This document shows positions 36,501 through 48,500 of a stretch of 64,000 nt of DNA, piece after piece. Both the position numbers and the translations under genes were made by a program. Every line of letters starts with the position of its first letter. Positions within the stretch are counted from its first letter, which is position 1. The notes beneath the pieces are model-generated. The model had not been told where the DNA came from. It saw nothing but the letters and a program-made list of their open reading frames with translations, and ran no database searches. The stretch is from Mustelus asterias (taxonomy: Eukaryota): contig NC_135826.1 of NCBI RefSeq assembly GCF_964213995.1, positions 41,850,001-41,914,000 on the forward strand, read 5' to 3'.

Positions 36501-39500
36501 GATTTTTAATCCCTATATGCACCAAGGGTCCCCAACCCTCCAGGTTTGTCCTTGAGTCTCCAGGATTTAAAGTTTAAATTCTGAAATACTGTCACTAACT
36601 GCCTTTGAATGATTTATTAAAGATGGGAAACCTGGGGATGAATCCTCCGGGAAAGCGCTCCAGCAGAATTGCCGAGACTCAGTAAGTACCGGGGAGAATT
36701 CAGTAACCACAACCCTCGGTGCTCGATGCTGCTCTGTGGCATCGGCTGCAAAGAAAACCTCTTGTTCCAGAAACCTGACAGGAAAGCATCAACTGGAGTC
36801 TGCCATTCGGCCCAGCAGCAACTCAGCTCCGCCATCTTGTGGCAGGAGGGTCAGCTCGATTCCAATTCCTGGGCTTCCCCATCCAGTGGCACGGTGGTCA
36901 GCACCACTGCCTCACAGCGCCAGGGACCTGGGTTCGACTCCCGGATTGGGTCACTGTCTGTGTGGAGTTTGCACGTTCTCCCCGTGTCTGTGTGGGTTTC
37001 CTCTGGGTGCTCCGGTTTCCTCCCACACTCTAAAGATGTGCAGGTTAGGTAGATTGGCCATGCTAAATTGCCCCTTCGTATCCCAAGATGTGGGGGTTAG
37101 GGGGATTAGCCATACAAAATGTGTGGGGTTAGAGGAATAGGGCCTGGTTGGGATGCTTTGTCAGAGGGTCAGTGCTGACTCGATGGACAGAATGGCCTGC
37201 ATCTGCACTATAGAGATTCTATGATAGAACATAGAACATAGAACAGTACAGCACAGAACAGGCCCTTCGGCCCACGATGTTGTGCCGACCTTCATCTGAA
37301 ACCAAGATCAAGCTATCCCACTCCCTACCATCCTGGTGTGCTCCATGTGCCTATCCAATAACCGCTTAAATGTTCCTAAAGTGTCTGACTCCACTATCAC
37401 TGCAGGCAGTCCATTCCACACCCCAACCACTCTCTGCGTGAAGAACCTACCTCTGATATCCTTCCTATATCTCCCACCATGAACCCTATAGTTATGCCCC
37501 CTTGTAATAGCTCCATCCACCCGAGGAAATAGTCTTTGAACGTTCACTCGATCTATCCCCTTCATCATTTTATAAACCTCTATTAAATCTCCCCTCAATC
37601 TCCTCCGCTCCAGAGAGAACAGCCCCAGCTCCCTCAACCTTTCCTCATAAGACCGACACTCCAAACCAGGCAGCATCCTGGTAAATCTCCTCTGCACTCT
37701 CTCCAGCGCTTCCACATCCTTCTTATAGTGAGGTGACCAGAACTGCACGCAATATTCCAAATGCGGTCTCACCAAGGTCCTGTACAGTTGCAGCATAACC
37801 CCACGGCTCTTAAACTCCAACCCCCTGTTAATAAAAGCTAACACACTATATGCCTTCTTCACAGCTCTATCCACTTGAGTGGCAACCTTTAGAGATCTGT
37901 GGATATGGACCCCAAGATCTCTCTGTTCCTCCCGTCTTCAGAACCCTACCTTTGACCCTGTAATCCACATTTAAATTTGTCCTACCAAAATGAATCACCT
38001 CACATTTATCAGGGTTAAACTCCATTTGCCATTTTTCAGCCCAGCTTTGTATCCTATCTATGTCTCTTTGCAGCCTACAACAGCCCTCCACCTCATCCAC
38101 TACTCCACCAATCTTGGTGTCATCAGCAAATTTACTGATCCACCCTTCAGCCCCCTCCTCTAAGTCATTAATAAAAATCACAAAGAGCAGAGGACCAAGC
38201 ACCGATCCCTGCGGCACTCCGCTAGCAACCTGCCTCCAGTCCGAAAATTTTCCATCCACCACCACCCTCTGTCTTCGATCAGATAGCCAGTTACCTATCC
38301 AATCGGCCAACTTTCCCTCTATCCCACACCTCCTTACTTTCATCATAAGCCGACCATGGGGGACCTTATCAAACGCCTTACTAAAATCCATGTATATGAC
38401 ATCAACCGCCCTACCTTCATCAACACACCTAGTTACCTCCTCAAAAAATTCAATCAAATTTGATAATATCATAGAATCCCTACTGTGCAAAGGGAGGCCA
38501 TCCGGCCATTGAGCCTGCACTGGCAACATTCCCACCCAGGCCCTATCCCCATAACCCCATGTATTTAACCTGCCAATCCCCCTGACACTAAGGGTCAATT
38601 TAGCATGGCCAATCCACCTAACCCGCACATAGAAACATAAAAGATAGGAGCAACAGGAGGCCATTCAGCCCTTCGAGCCTGCTCCGCCATTCATCACAAT
38701 CATGGCTGATCGTCCAACTCAACAGCCTAATCCTGCTTTCTCCCCATAACCTTTAATCCCATTCACCCCAAGTGCTATATTTAGCCGCCTCTTGAATACA
38801 TTCAATGTATTGGCAGCAACTATTTCCTGTCGTAATGAATTCCACAGACTCACCACCCTGGGTGAAGAAATGTCTCCTAATCTCCGTCCTAAATAGTCTA
38901 CCCTGTATCCTCAGACTGTGACCCCTGATTCTGGACACCGTCGGGAACATCCTTCCTACGTCTACCCTGTCTTGTCCTCTTTGGATATCCTCTCCTTCTA
39001 AGAAAATTTCCACTTAAGCACATTGATTGATTCTAAGTCTGCAATGCAGTGTCCCTTTAAGGAGTGCGGAGGATGTAATATAGTGCGCAGTGTGCCCACA
39101 TTCCACCCTGGCAGGGGGGTGGGGAGGGGGGGGGGGGGGGCACTGCACTCCAAATCGGTGAGAGCGCCTTGCAGGAGTAACTTTCAAACTGGAATTGGAT
39201 AAATACCAAGGACTGTTTGGGAAGCAAAGGGGCTAATTGGATCTCTCTCTCAAAGGGCTGGCATTGGTACAATGGGCTGAATGGCCTGCTTCCGTTATTT
39301 TCTGATGAGATAGAGACACTCACACCAAATAACTACTGAACTCTGGTGTTGGGTGCTGTTTATGCCATTGCTGATATCACAAGTGTAAACTCCTCCATCC
39401 TGAGGTTCCAGCTCGTTAATATACAGCGTGGAATGGCCACTTCCCCGGGTGATGTTCCAGTGGGATGGCCTCCTACGTCCTGAGTCAGCTTTCCTCCAGG

Positions 39501-42500
39501 TGATGGCAGGGACCGGGTCACCCGCTCCACTGCACCGTATTGACAGCGGCTGTCCTGTTTGTTTCACTGTGTGAGTTGGTTCAATCCGGGTGTTGTAGAG
39601 TCCAGCTAGATTTAACAGAAAGTATTTCAATTAGGACTCACGACAGAGACACAATTAAAAACTCAGAGACACTCTGAAATGAGAGAATTCATAAAGAACA
39701 TTTAAAATACTCTCATTATCACAAAACCTTTTTAATGAGGGAATCCCATTGTTAGGGATCTACTTAAACAAAGGAATCTCACTATTAGGGATAAGAACAT
39801 AAGAACTAGGAGCAGGAGTAGGCCATCTGGCCCCTCGAGCCTGTTCCGCCATTCAATAAGATCATGGCTGATCTTTTCGTGGACTCAGTTCCACTTACCC
39901 ACCCGCTTGCCCTTCGTTCCTTTACTGTTCAAAAATCTATCTTTGCCTTAAAAACATTCAATGAGGTAGCCTCAACTGCTTCACTGGGCAGGGAATTCCA
40001 CAGATTCACAACCCTTTGTGTGAAGAAGTTCCTCCTCAACTCAGTCCTAAATCTGCTCCCCCTTATTTTGAGGCCATTCCCCCTAGTTCTAGTTTCACCC
40101 GCCAGTGGAAACAACTTCCTTAATTCGACCTTATCTATTTAGATCTATTTAAATGAGAGAATCTCACTATTGGGGATCTATTTTAAAGAACTCATAATCC
40201 AAAGGCCCAGACTTATGCTCTGGGGACCCAGGTTCAAATCCCACCACAGCAACTGGTGAAATTTAAATTCAATTAATAGATCTGGGATTATAAAAGCCAG
40301 TCTCAGTATTGGTGACCCTGACAACTATCATCAATTGTTGGAAAAACCCATCTGGTTCACTAATGTCCTTTAGGGAAGGAAATCTGCCGTCCTTACCTGG
40401 TCTGGCCTACATGTGACTCCAGAGCCACAGCAATGTGGTTGATTTTTAACTTCCCTCTGCGCTCTGAAGTGGATTTGCGAGCCCAGGGTCAATTAGGGAT
40501 GGAGGACATGAAAGTATAAAATAAAAATCTCCTTTGCACAACTCCCAAGGCGTTGCCATCCTTCCTGAAGTGTGGTGTCCACAGTTGGACACAATACTTT
40601 ATCAAATCATTCATACGCCTTTAAAAGCTCAAACTAGATATTTGGATTATATAGAAACAGGACATTCAGCCCAACTACTCTGCTGATATTTATGCTCCAC
40701 ATGAACCTCCTCCCATTCCAGCTGCCCCGTCTCAACCTTTCAATATATCTTTCTAATTGCGTGGCATGGTGGCACAATGGTTAGCACTGCTGCCTCACAG
40801 CGCCAGGGACCCGGGTTCAATTCCAGCCTCGGGTCACTGTCTGTGCGGACTCCGCACATTCTCCCCGTGTCTGCGTGGGTTTCCTCCAGGGGCTCCAGTT
40901 TCCTCCCACAGTCCAAAAATGTACAGGTTTGGCCATGCTAAATTGCCCCTTTGTGTCCCAAGATGTGTAGATTAGGGAAATTGGCATGATAAATGTGTTG
41001 GGTTACTGGGATATGGTGGGGGGAGGGGGGCCTGGGTAAGATGCTCTGTCGGTGCAAACACGATGGGCTGAATGGCCTCTTCTGCACTGTAAGGATTCTA
41101 CGATAATCCTTTTCTCAATCTAATGAGAAGTCCTTGGCAGGTCGGATCAAGGAAAACCGCAAGGCTTTTTACTCTTATGTAGTGAGAGACGACATAGGCT
41201 CTAAGGAGCAAAACGTGGAATCGTTGTGGGTGGAGATAAGGAATAGTAGGGGGAGAAAGACACTGGTAGGTGTGGTCTATAGGCCCCCAAATAATAACCT
41301 AGAGGTGGGGAGGGCTATAAACAAGCAAATAATGGATGCGTGCAAAAGTGGAACGGCAATAATCATGGGGGATTTTAACCTACATATTGATTGGTCGACT
41401 CAAATTGGACGTGGAGGGCTTGAGGAAGAGTTCTTGGAATGCTGTCGGGATTGTTTCATTGAACAGTATGTTACAGAACCTACGAGAGAGCGAGCTATCT
41501 TGGATCTGGTTCTGTGCAATGAGACAGGTAGGATTAAGGATCTTCTTGTGAAGGATCCTCTTGGGATGAGTGATCATAATATGGTGGAATTTCTGATACA
41601 GATGGAGGGTGAGAAAGTAGGGTCCCAAACCAGTGTCCTCTGCTTGAACAGAGGGGAGTACGATAGGATGAGGGTGGAATTGGCTAATGTAGACTGGGCG
41701 AGCAGACTGGTAGGTAGGACAGCTGAGGAACAGTGGAGGATTTTCAAGGAGATTTTTTTAAGTACTCAGCAAAAATATATTCCAGTGATAAAGGACTGTA
41801 AGAAAAAGGATAACCGGACGTGGATAACGAAGGAAATAAAGGAGAGTATTAAAATAAAATCAGATGCGTACAGAGTGGCCAAAAATAGTGGAGAATTAGT
41901 GGATTGGGAAAGCTTTAAAGAAAAACAAAGAACGACTAAGAAAGCGATTAAGAAAGGAAAGACAGATTATGAAACTAAACTAGCTCAAAATATAAAAAAT
42001 GATAGTAAAAGTTTTTACAAGTATATAAAAAGGAATAGAGTGGCTAGAGTGAATGTTGGACCCTTGGAAGATGAGAGGGGGGATTTAATAGTGGAAAACG
42101 AGGAAATGGCTGAGACTTTAAATAAGTTCTTTGTGTCGGTCTTCACGGTGGAAGACACAAATAGTTTGCCGAATATTAGAGATCGAGAGTTGGTGGGAGG
42201 TGAGGTCCTTAATACAATTACTGTTACTAAGGAGGTGGTGCTTGGTAGACTAAAAGGACTGAAGGTAGACAAGTCCCCGGGCCCGGATGGAATGCATCCC
42301 AGGGTACTGAAAGAAATGGCTGAGGTAATAGCAGATGTGTTAGTAGTAATTTATCAAAATTCGCTGGACTCTGGGGTAGTGCCGGCTGACTGGAAAACAG
42401 CTACTGTTACGCCGCTGTTTAAAAAAGGAAGTAGACAAAAGGCGGGTAACTACAGGCCGGTTAGCTTAATGTCGGTAGTTGGGAAGATGCTAGAGTCCAT

Positions 42501-45500
42501 TATTAAAGAGGAAATAACAGAGCACCTGAATAAGAATGGTTCGATCAAGCAGACGCAGCATGGATTCATGAAGGGAAAGTCGTGTTTGACGAATCTACTG
42601 GACTTTTATGAAGATGTCACTAGTGCGGTTGACAGAGGGGAACCGGTGGATGTGGTGTTTTTAGATTTCCAGAAGGCGTTCGATAAGGTGCCTCACAAAA
42701 GGTTGTTGCAGAAGATTGGGGTACACGGAGTTAGGGGTAAGGTGTTGGCGTGGATTGGGGATTGGCTATCTAACAGGAAGCAGAGAGTTGGGATAAATGG
42801 GTGCTTTTCTGGTTGGCAGTTGGTGACCAGTGGCGTGCCGCAGGGATCGGTGCTGGGGTCTCAATTGTTTACCATTTACATAGATGATCTGGAGGAGGGG
42901 ACTGAATGTAGGGTATTCAAGTTTGCTGATGACACGAAGGTGAGTGGGAAAGCGAATTGCGTGGAGGACGCGGAAAGTCTGCAGAGAGATTTGGATAGGC
43001 TGAGCGAGTGGGCGAGGATCTGGCAGATGGAATATAACGTTAGCAAGTGTGAGGTTATCCACTTTGGAAGAAATAATAGTAAATTGGAATATTATTTAAA
43101 TGGAGAAAAATTACATCGTGCGACTGTGCAGAGGGACCTGGGGGTCCTTGTGCACGAATCGCAAAAACTCAGTCTGCAGGTGCAGCAGGTGATCAAGAAG
43201 GCGAATGGAATGTTGGCCTTTATCGCGAGGGGGATAGAATAGAAAAGCAGGGAGGTCTTGCTGCAACTGTACAAGGCACTGGTGAGGCCGCAACTGGAGT
43301 ACTGTGTGCAGTTTTGGTCCCCTTATTTGCGAAAGGATATATTAGCCTTGGAGGGAGTGCAGAGAAGGTTCACCAGGTTGATACCGGAGATGAGGGGTGT
43401 AGCTTATGAGGAGAGATTAAACAGATTTGGTCTGTACTCGTTGGAGTTTAGAAGGATGAGGGGTGATCTTATAGAGACATATAAGATAATGAAGGGGCTG
43501 GATAGGGTCGAGGTGGAGAGATTTTTTCCACTTAGAACTAGAGGGCACAGCCTCAAAATAAGGGGGGGCCAGTTCAGAACAGAGTTGAGGGGGAACTTCT
43601 TCTCTCAGAGGGTAGTGAATCTCTGGAATTCTCTGCCCATTGAAGTGGTGGAGGCTTCCTCGTTGAATATGTTTAAATCACGGGTAGATAGTTTTCTGAT
43701 CGATAAGGGAATTAGGGGATATGGGGAGCAGGCGGGTAAGTGGAACTGATTCGCTTCAGATCAGCCATGATCTTGTTGAATGGCGGGGCAGGCTCGAAGG
43801 GCCAGATGGCCTACTCCTGCTCCTATTTCTTATGTTCTTATGTGAGGAATAAAAGGATGACCAGGGTGAGGTTAGGGCCGGTCAAGGACAGTAGTGGGAA
43901 CTTGTGTATGGAGTCAGTAGAGATAGGCGAGGTGATGAATGAATACTTTTCTTCAGTGTTCACCAAGGAGAGGGGCCATGTTTTTGAGGAAGAGAAGGTG
44001 TTACAGGCTAATAGGCTGGAGGAAATAGATGTTCGGAGGGAGGATGTACTGGCAGTTTTGAATAAACTGAAGGTCGATAAGTGCCCTGGGCCTGATGAAA
44101 TATATCCTAGGATTCTTTGGGAGGCAAGGGATGAGATTGCAGAGCCTTTGGCTTTGATCTTTGGGTCCTCACTGTCCACGGGGATGGTGCCAGAGGACTG
44201 GAGAGTGGCGAATGTTGTTCCTCTGTTTAAGAAAGGGAATAGAAATGACCCTGGTAATTATAGACCGGTTAGTCTTACTTCGGTGGTTGGTAAATTGATG
44301 GAAAAGGTCCTTAGGGATGGGATTTATGACCATTTAGAAAGATGCGGATTAATCCGGGATAGTCAGCACGGATTCGTGAAGGGCAAGTCGTGCCTCACAA
44401 ATTTGATTGAATATTTTGAGGAGGTAACTAAGTGTGTTGATGAAGATAGGGCAGTTGATGTCATGTACGTGGATTTTAGTAAGGCGTTTGATAAGGTCCC
44501 CCATGGTCGGCTTATGATGAAAGTAAGGAGGTGTGGGGATAGAGGGAAAGTTGGCCGATTGGATAGGTAACTGGCTATCTGATCGAAGACAGAGGGTGGT
44601 GGTGGATGGAAAATTTTCGGACTGGAGGCAGGTTGCTAGCGGAGTGCCACAGGGATCAGTGCTTGGTCCTCTGCTCTTTGTGATTTTTATTAATGACTTA
44701 GAGGAGGGGGCTGAAGGGTGGATCAGTAAATTTGCTGATGACACCAAGATTGGTGGAGTAGTGGATGAGGTGGAGGGCTGTTGTAGGCTGCAAAGAGACA
44801 TAGATAGGATACAAAGCTGGGCTGAAAAATGGCAAATGGAGTTTAACCCTGATAAATGTGAGGTGATTCATTTTGGTAGGACTAATTTAAATGTGGATTA
44901 CAGGGTCAAAGGTAGGGTTCTGAAGACTGTGGAGGAACAGAGAGATCTTGGGGTCCATATCCACAGATCTCTAAAGGTTGCCACTCAAGTGGATAGAGCT
45001 GTGAAGAAGGCCTATAGTGTGTTAGCTTTTATTAACAGGGGGTTGGAGTTTAAGAGCCGTGGAGTTATGCAGCAACTGTACAGGACCTTGGTGAGACCAC
45101 ATTTGGAATATTGTGTGCAGTTCTGGTCACCTCACTATAAGAAGGATGTGGAAGCGCTGGAAAGAGTGCAGAGGAGATTTACCAGGATGCTGTATAGTTT
45201 GGAGGGTAGGTCTTATGAGGAAAGGTTGAGGGAGCTAGGGCTGTTCTTTCTGGAGCGGAGGAGGCTGAGGGGAGACTTAATAGAGGTGTATAAAATGATG
45301 AAGGGGATAGATAGAGTGAACGTTCAAAGACTATTTCCTCGGGTGGATGGAGCTATTACAAGGGGGCATAACTATAGGGTTCATGGTTGGAGATATAGGA
45401 AGGATATCAGAGGTAGGTTCTTTACGCAGAGAGTGGTTGGGGTGTGGAATGGACTGCCTGCAGTGATAGTGGAGTCAGACACTTTAGGAACATTTAAGCG

Positions 45501-48500
45501 GTTATTGGATAGGCACATGGAGCACACCAGGATGATAGGGAGTGGGATAGCTTGATCTTGGTTTCAGATGAAGGTCGGCACAACATCGTGGGCCGAAGGG
45601 CCTGTTCTGTGCTGTACTGTTCTATGTTCTAATTTCCTTCTCAAAGGATTTTGAAATAAATGTATTATTTCCTTTTTGGATGTTTTTTGTTAACTATCTT
45701 GTATTTGTTCCTAGTTTTGGAATTCAAAGGGCCAGTCCAGAGTGACTCACTGTTTAGATGCATCTCCAGTGAACTGTTCTTGCTTCTCAATCCACCTCTG
45801 GTCAGACCCAGTTGAATCTCACAGGTGAATGTGAGGTCTCTGTTTCCAGTGTTCGTCGTGTAGACTAGCTGAGAGGTTACGTTGCATGTAGCGACATTGG
45901 TTTCATTCCAAATCGGTGTTTGTCTCTCACATCTGAGCAGCTCGAAGTTCTGATACCAAAGAACATCGATCTTGTCGCAAGGGTAAAGATCTCGCCCCAA
46001 ACACACCAGGGTCACGGTTTGCCCGGAAACTGGATTGAGTGAGCGTAATTCCACCATGGGATTGTGTGGGAATGCTGAAAGAAAGAAATATCAAAGTCCC
46101 CATGCATCAAACGTAACCACCTCCATGTTACTGAAATTATTGCTGTGACCCTTATTGCGGTCCCCTCCTTTCTCTCTCACTTTGTACCTCTCTCTCAATA
46201 TCACTCTTTCTGCACGTCTTTCTCTATCTCTTTCTCTGTGTCTGCACCTTTCTCTTCTTTCTTTCTAACTTCTGTCTGTTCCTGTGCAGTAAGAAGTCTC
46301 ACAACACCAGGTAAAAGTCCAACAGGTTTATTTGGTAGCAAAAGCCACTAGCTTTCGGAGCGCTGCTCCTTCGTCAGGTAAGTGGGAGTTTTGTTCACAA
46401 ACAGGGCATATAAAGACACAAACTCAATTTACAAAATAATGGTTGGAATGCGAGTCTTTACAGGTAATCAAGTCTTTAATACGTAGAGTTTGTGTCTTTG
46501 TATGCCCTGTTTGTGAACAGAACTCCCACTTACCTGACGAAGGAGAAGCACTCCGAAAGCTAGTGGCTTTTGCTACCAAATAAACCTGTTGGACTTTAAC
46601 CTGGTGTTGTGAGACTTCTTACTGTGTTTACCCCAGTCCAACGCTGGCATCTCCACATCATGTTCCTGTGTATCCATTACTTCGACTGCCTTACTCTCCC
46701 TCTGCCAGTCCCTGGTCTACATTCTAATGAAAGATTATCCACCTGAAACATTAACTCTGTTTCTCTCTCTTCACAGATGCTTCCAGACCTCGAGTATTTC
46801 CAGCATTTTCTGGAAGGACTGGTACGCTCAAAGGCTAAATCACCAGGGCCAGATGGATTGTAACCCAAGTTGTTGAAGGAAGCCAGGAAGGAAATAATGG
46901 ATGCTCTGAGAATTATTCTCCAATGCTCACTAGATACAGGCGAAGTCCCAGAGGACCAGAGGATATTGCCAGGACTCAAGGGACTGAGTTATAGGGAGTG
47001 ATTGGACAGGTGAGGACATTTTTCTTTGGAGCATAGGAGACTGAGGGGTGATCTTCTAGAGGTGTATAGGATTATGAGAGGCATGGATAGGGTGAATGCA
47101 CTCAGTCTTTTTTCCAGGGTTGGGGAATCGAGAACTAGGTTTAAGAGGGGAAAGAATTAATGGGAATCTGAGGAGCAACTTTTTTTTTTTACAGAGGGTG
47201 GTGCGTGTGTGGAATGAGCTGCCGGAGGAAGTGGTTGAGGCAGGGACATTGACAACATTTAAAAGGCATTTGGACAAATACATGGATAGAAAAAGTTTAG
47301 AGGGATATGGGCCAAATGCAGGCAAATGGGGTTCGTTTAGATAGGCATTTTGGTCAGCATGGACTACTTTGGGCCGAAGGGCCTGTCTCCATGCCGTAGA
47401 TTCTATGACTCTATGACTGAAGGTCTTTGAATGTTGTAACATTATTTAAAATGGGTATAAGGATAGGCCAGAAAACAATAGGCCTGTCAGTCTGACTTCA
47501 ATGGTGGGAAAATTATTGGAAACAATTCTGAGAAACAGGATAAACTGTCACTTACAAAGGCACGGATTGATCAGGGATAGTCAGCATGGTTTTGTTAGGG
47601 AAAGGTCATGTCTTACTAATTGTGATGATACTATGCCTTTAGGAAATGTATTTTTATCATGTTTCTTGTAAGGGGTATGTTTAAAAGTCAGCTCTGGTTT
47701 ATGCAGTACCGGCACGGTGGCACAGTGGTTAGCACTGCTGCCTCTCAGCACCAGGGACCTGGGTTCAATTCCAACCGTGGAATACTGTCTGTGTGGAGTT
47801 TGGGTGTTGTCCCCGTGTCTGCGTGGGTTTCCTCCGGGTGCTCCGGTTTCCTCCCACACTCCAAAGATGTGCAGGTTAGGTGGATTGTCCATGCTAAATT
47901 GCCCCTTAATTGCCCAAGATGTGTAGGTTAGATGGATTAGCCATGGGATAGAGCAGGGTGATGGCCCTGGGTAAGATACTCTGTCAGAGAGTCAGTGCAG
48001 ACTTGATGGGCCGAATGGCCTCCTTCTGCACTGTAGGGATTCTCTGGCTAACAGGCAGCTCAAATGTTGAGAATGCAGGATAACGACTGATTTTAGGTAA
48101 CGGTGTGTTTGTCTAAACAGAATGAATGCATTTTTGTTTACTTAGGTTTCCCTTGGGGTTCAGGGTAGGTTTTGATTAGGGTGATTGACAGAGAGAGTCA
48201 TGTGTTAATGGGCGGAGCTAAGCTTGTAGGAAAGACGGTGTTTCAGTTTCATTTTTAAAAAGAAGAGCAGTTGCTGACCGGAGCTGTTTAAAAGAGATGG
48301 CCCTCTCTGAAACAATCTCCCCAGAGGTTTTCAAAAAGCTCTCGGACTGTTAACAGGTACAGGAACATAAGCTTATGTTTTGCTAACTGATTTTGAAGAG
48401 GGGATTTTAAGTCTATAAGAGGAATATTGCTTTAAGTGGAACTCATGGGGATAGGCTAGCAGTTAAGAATTGTATCTTGTCATGTTCAAGTATTTCAAAT

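Noticed and set aside
41134-43242. 702-aa ORF as a cellular gene or active LINE
   Set aside because: Chimera of two CR1 copies; 5'-truncated endonuclease and a premature stop.
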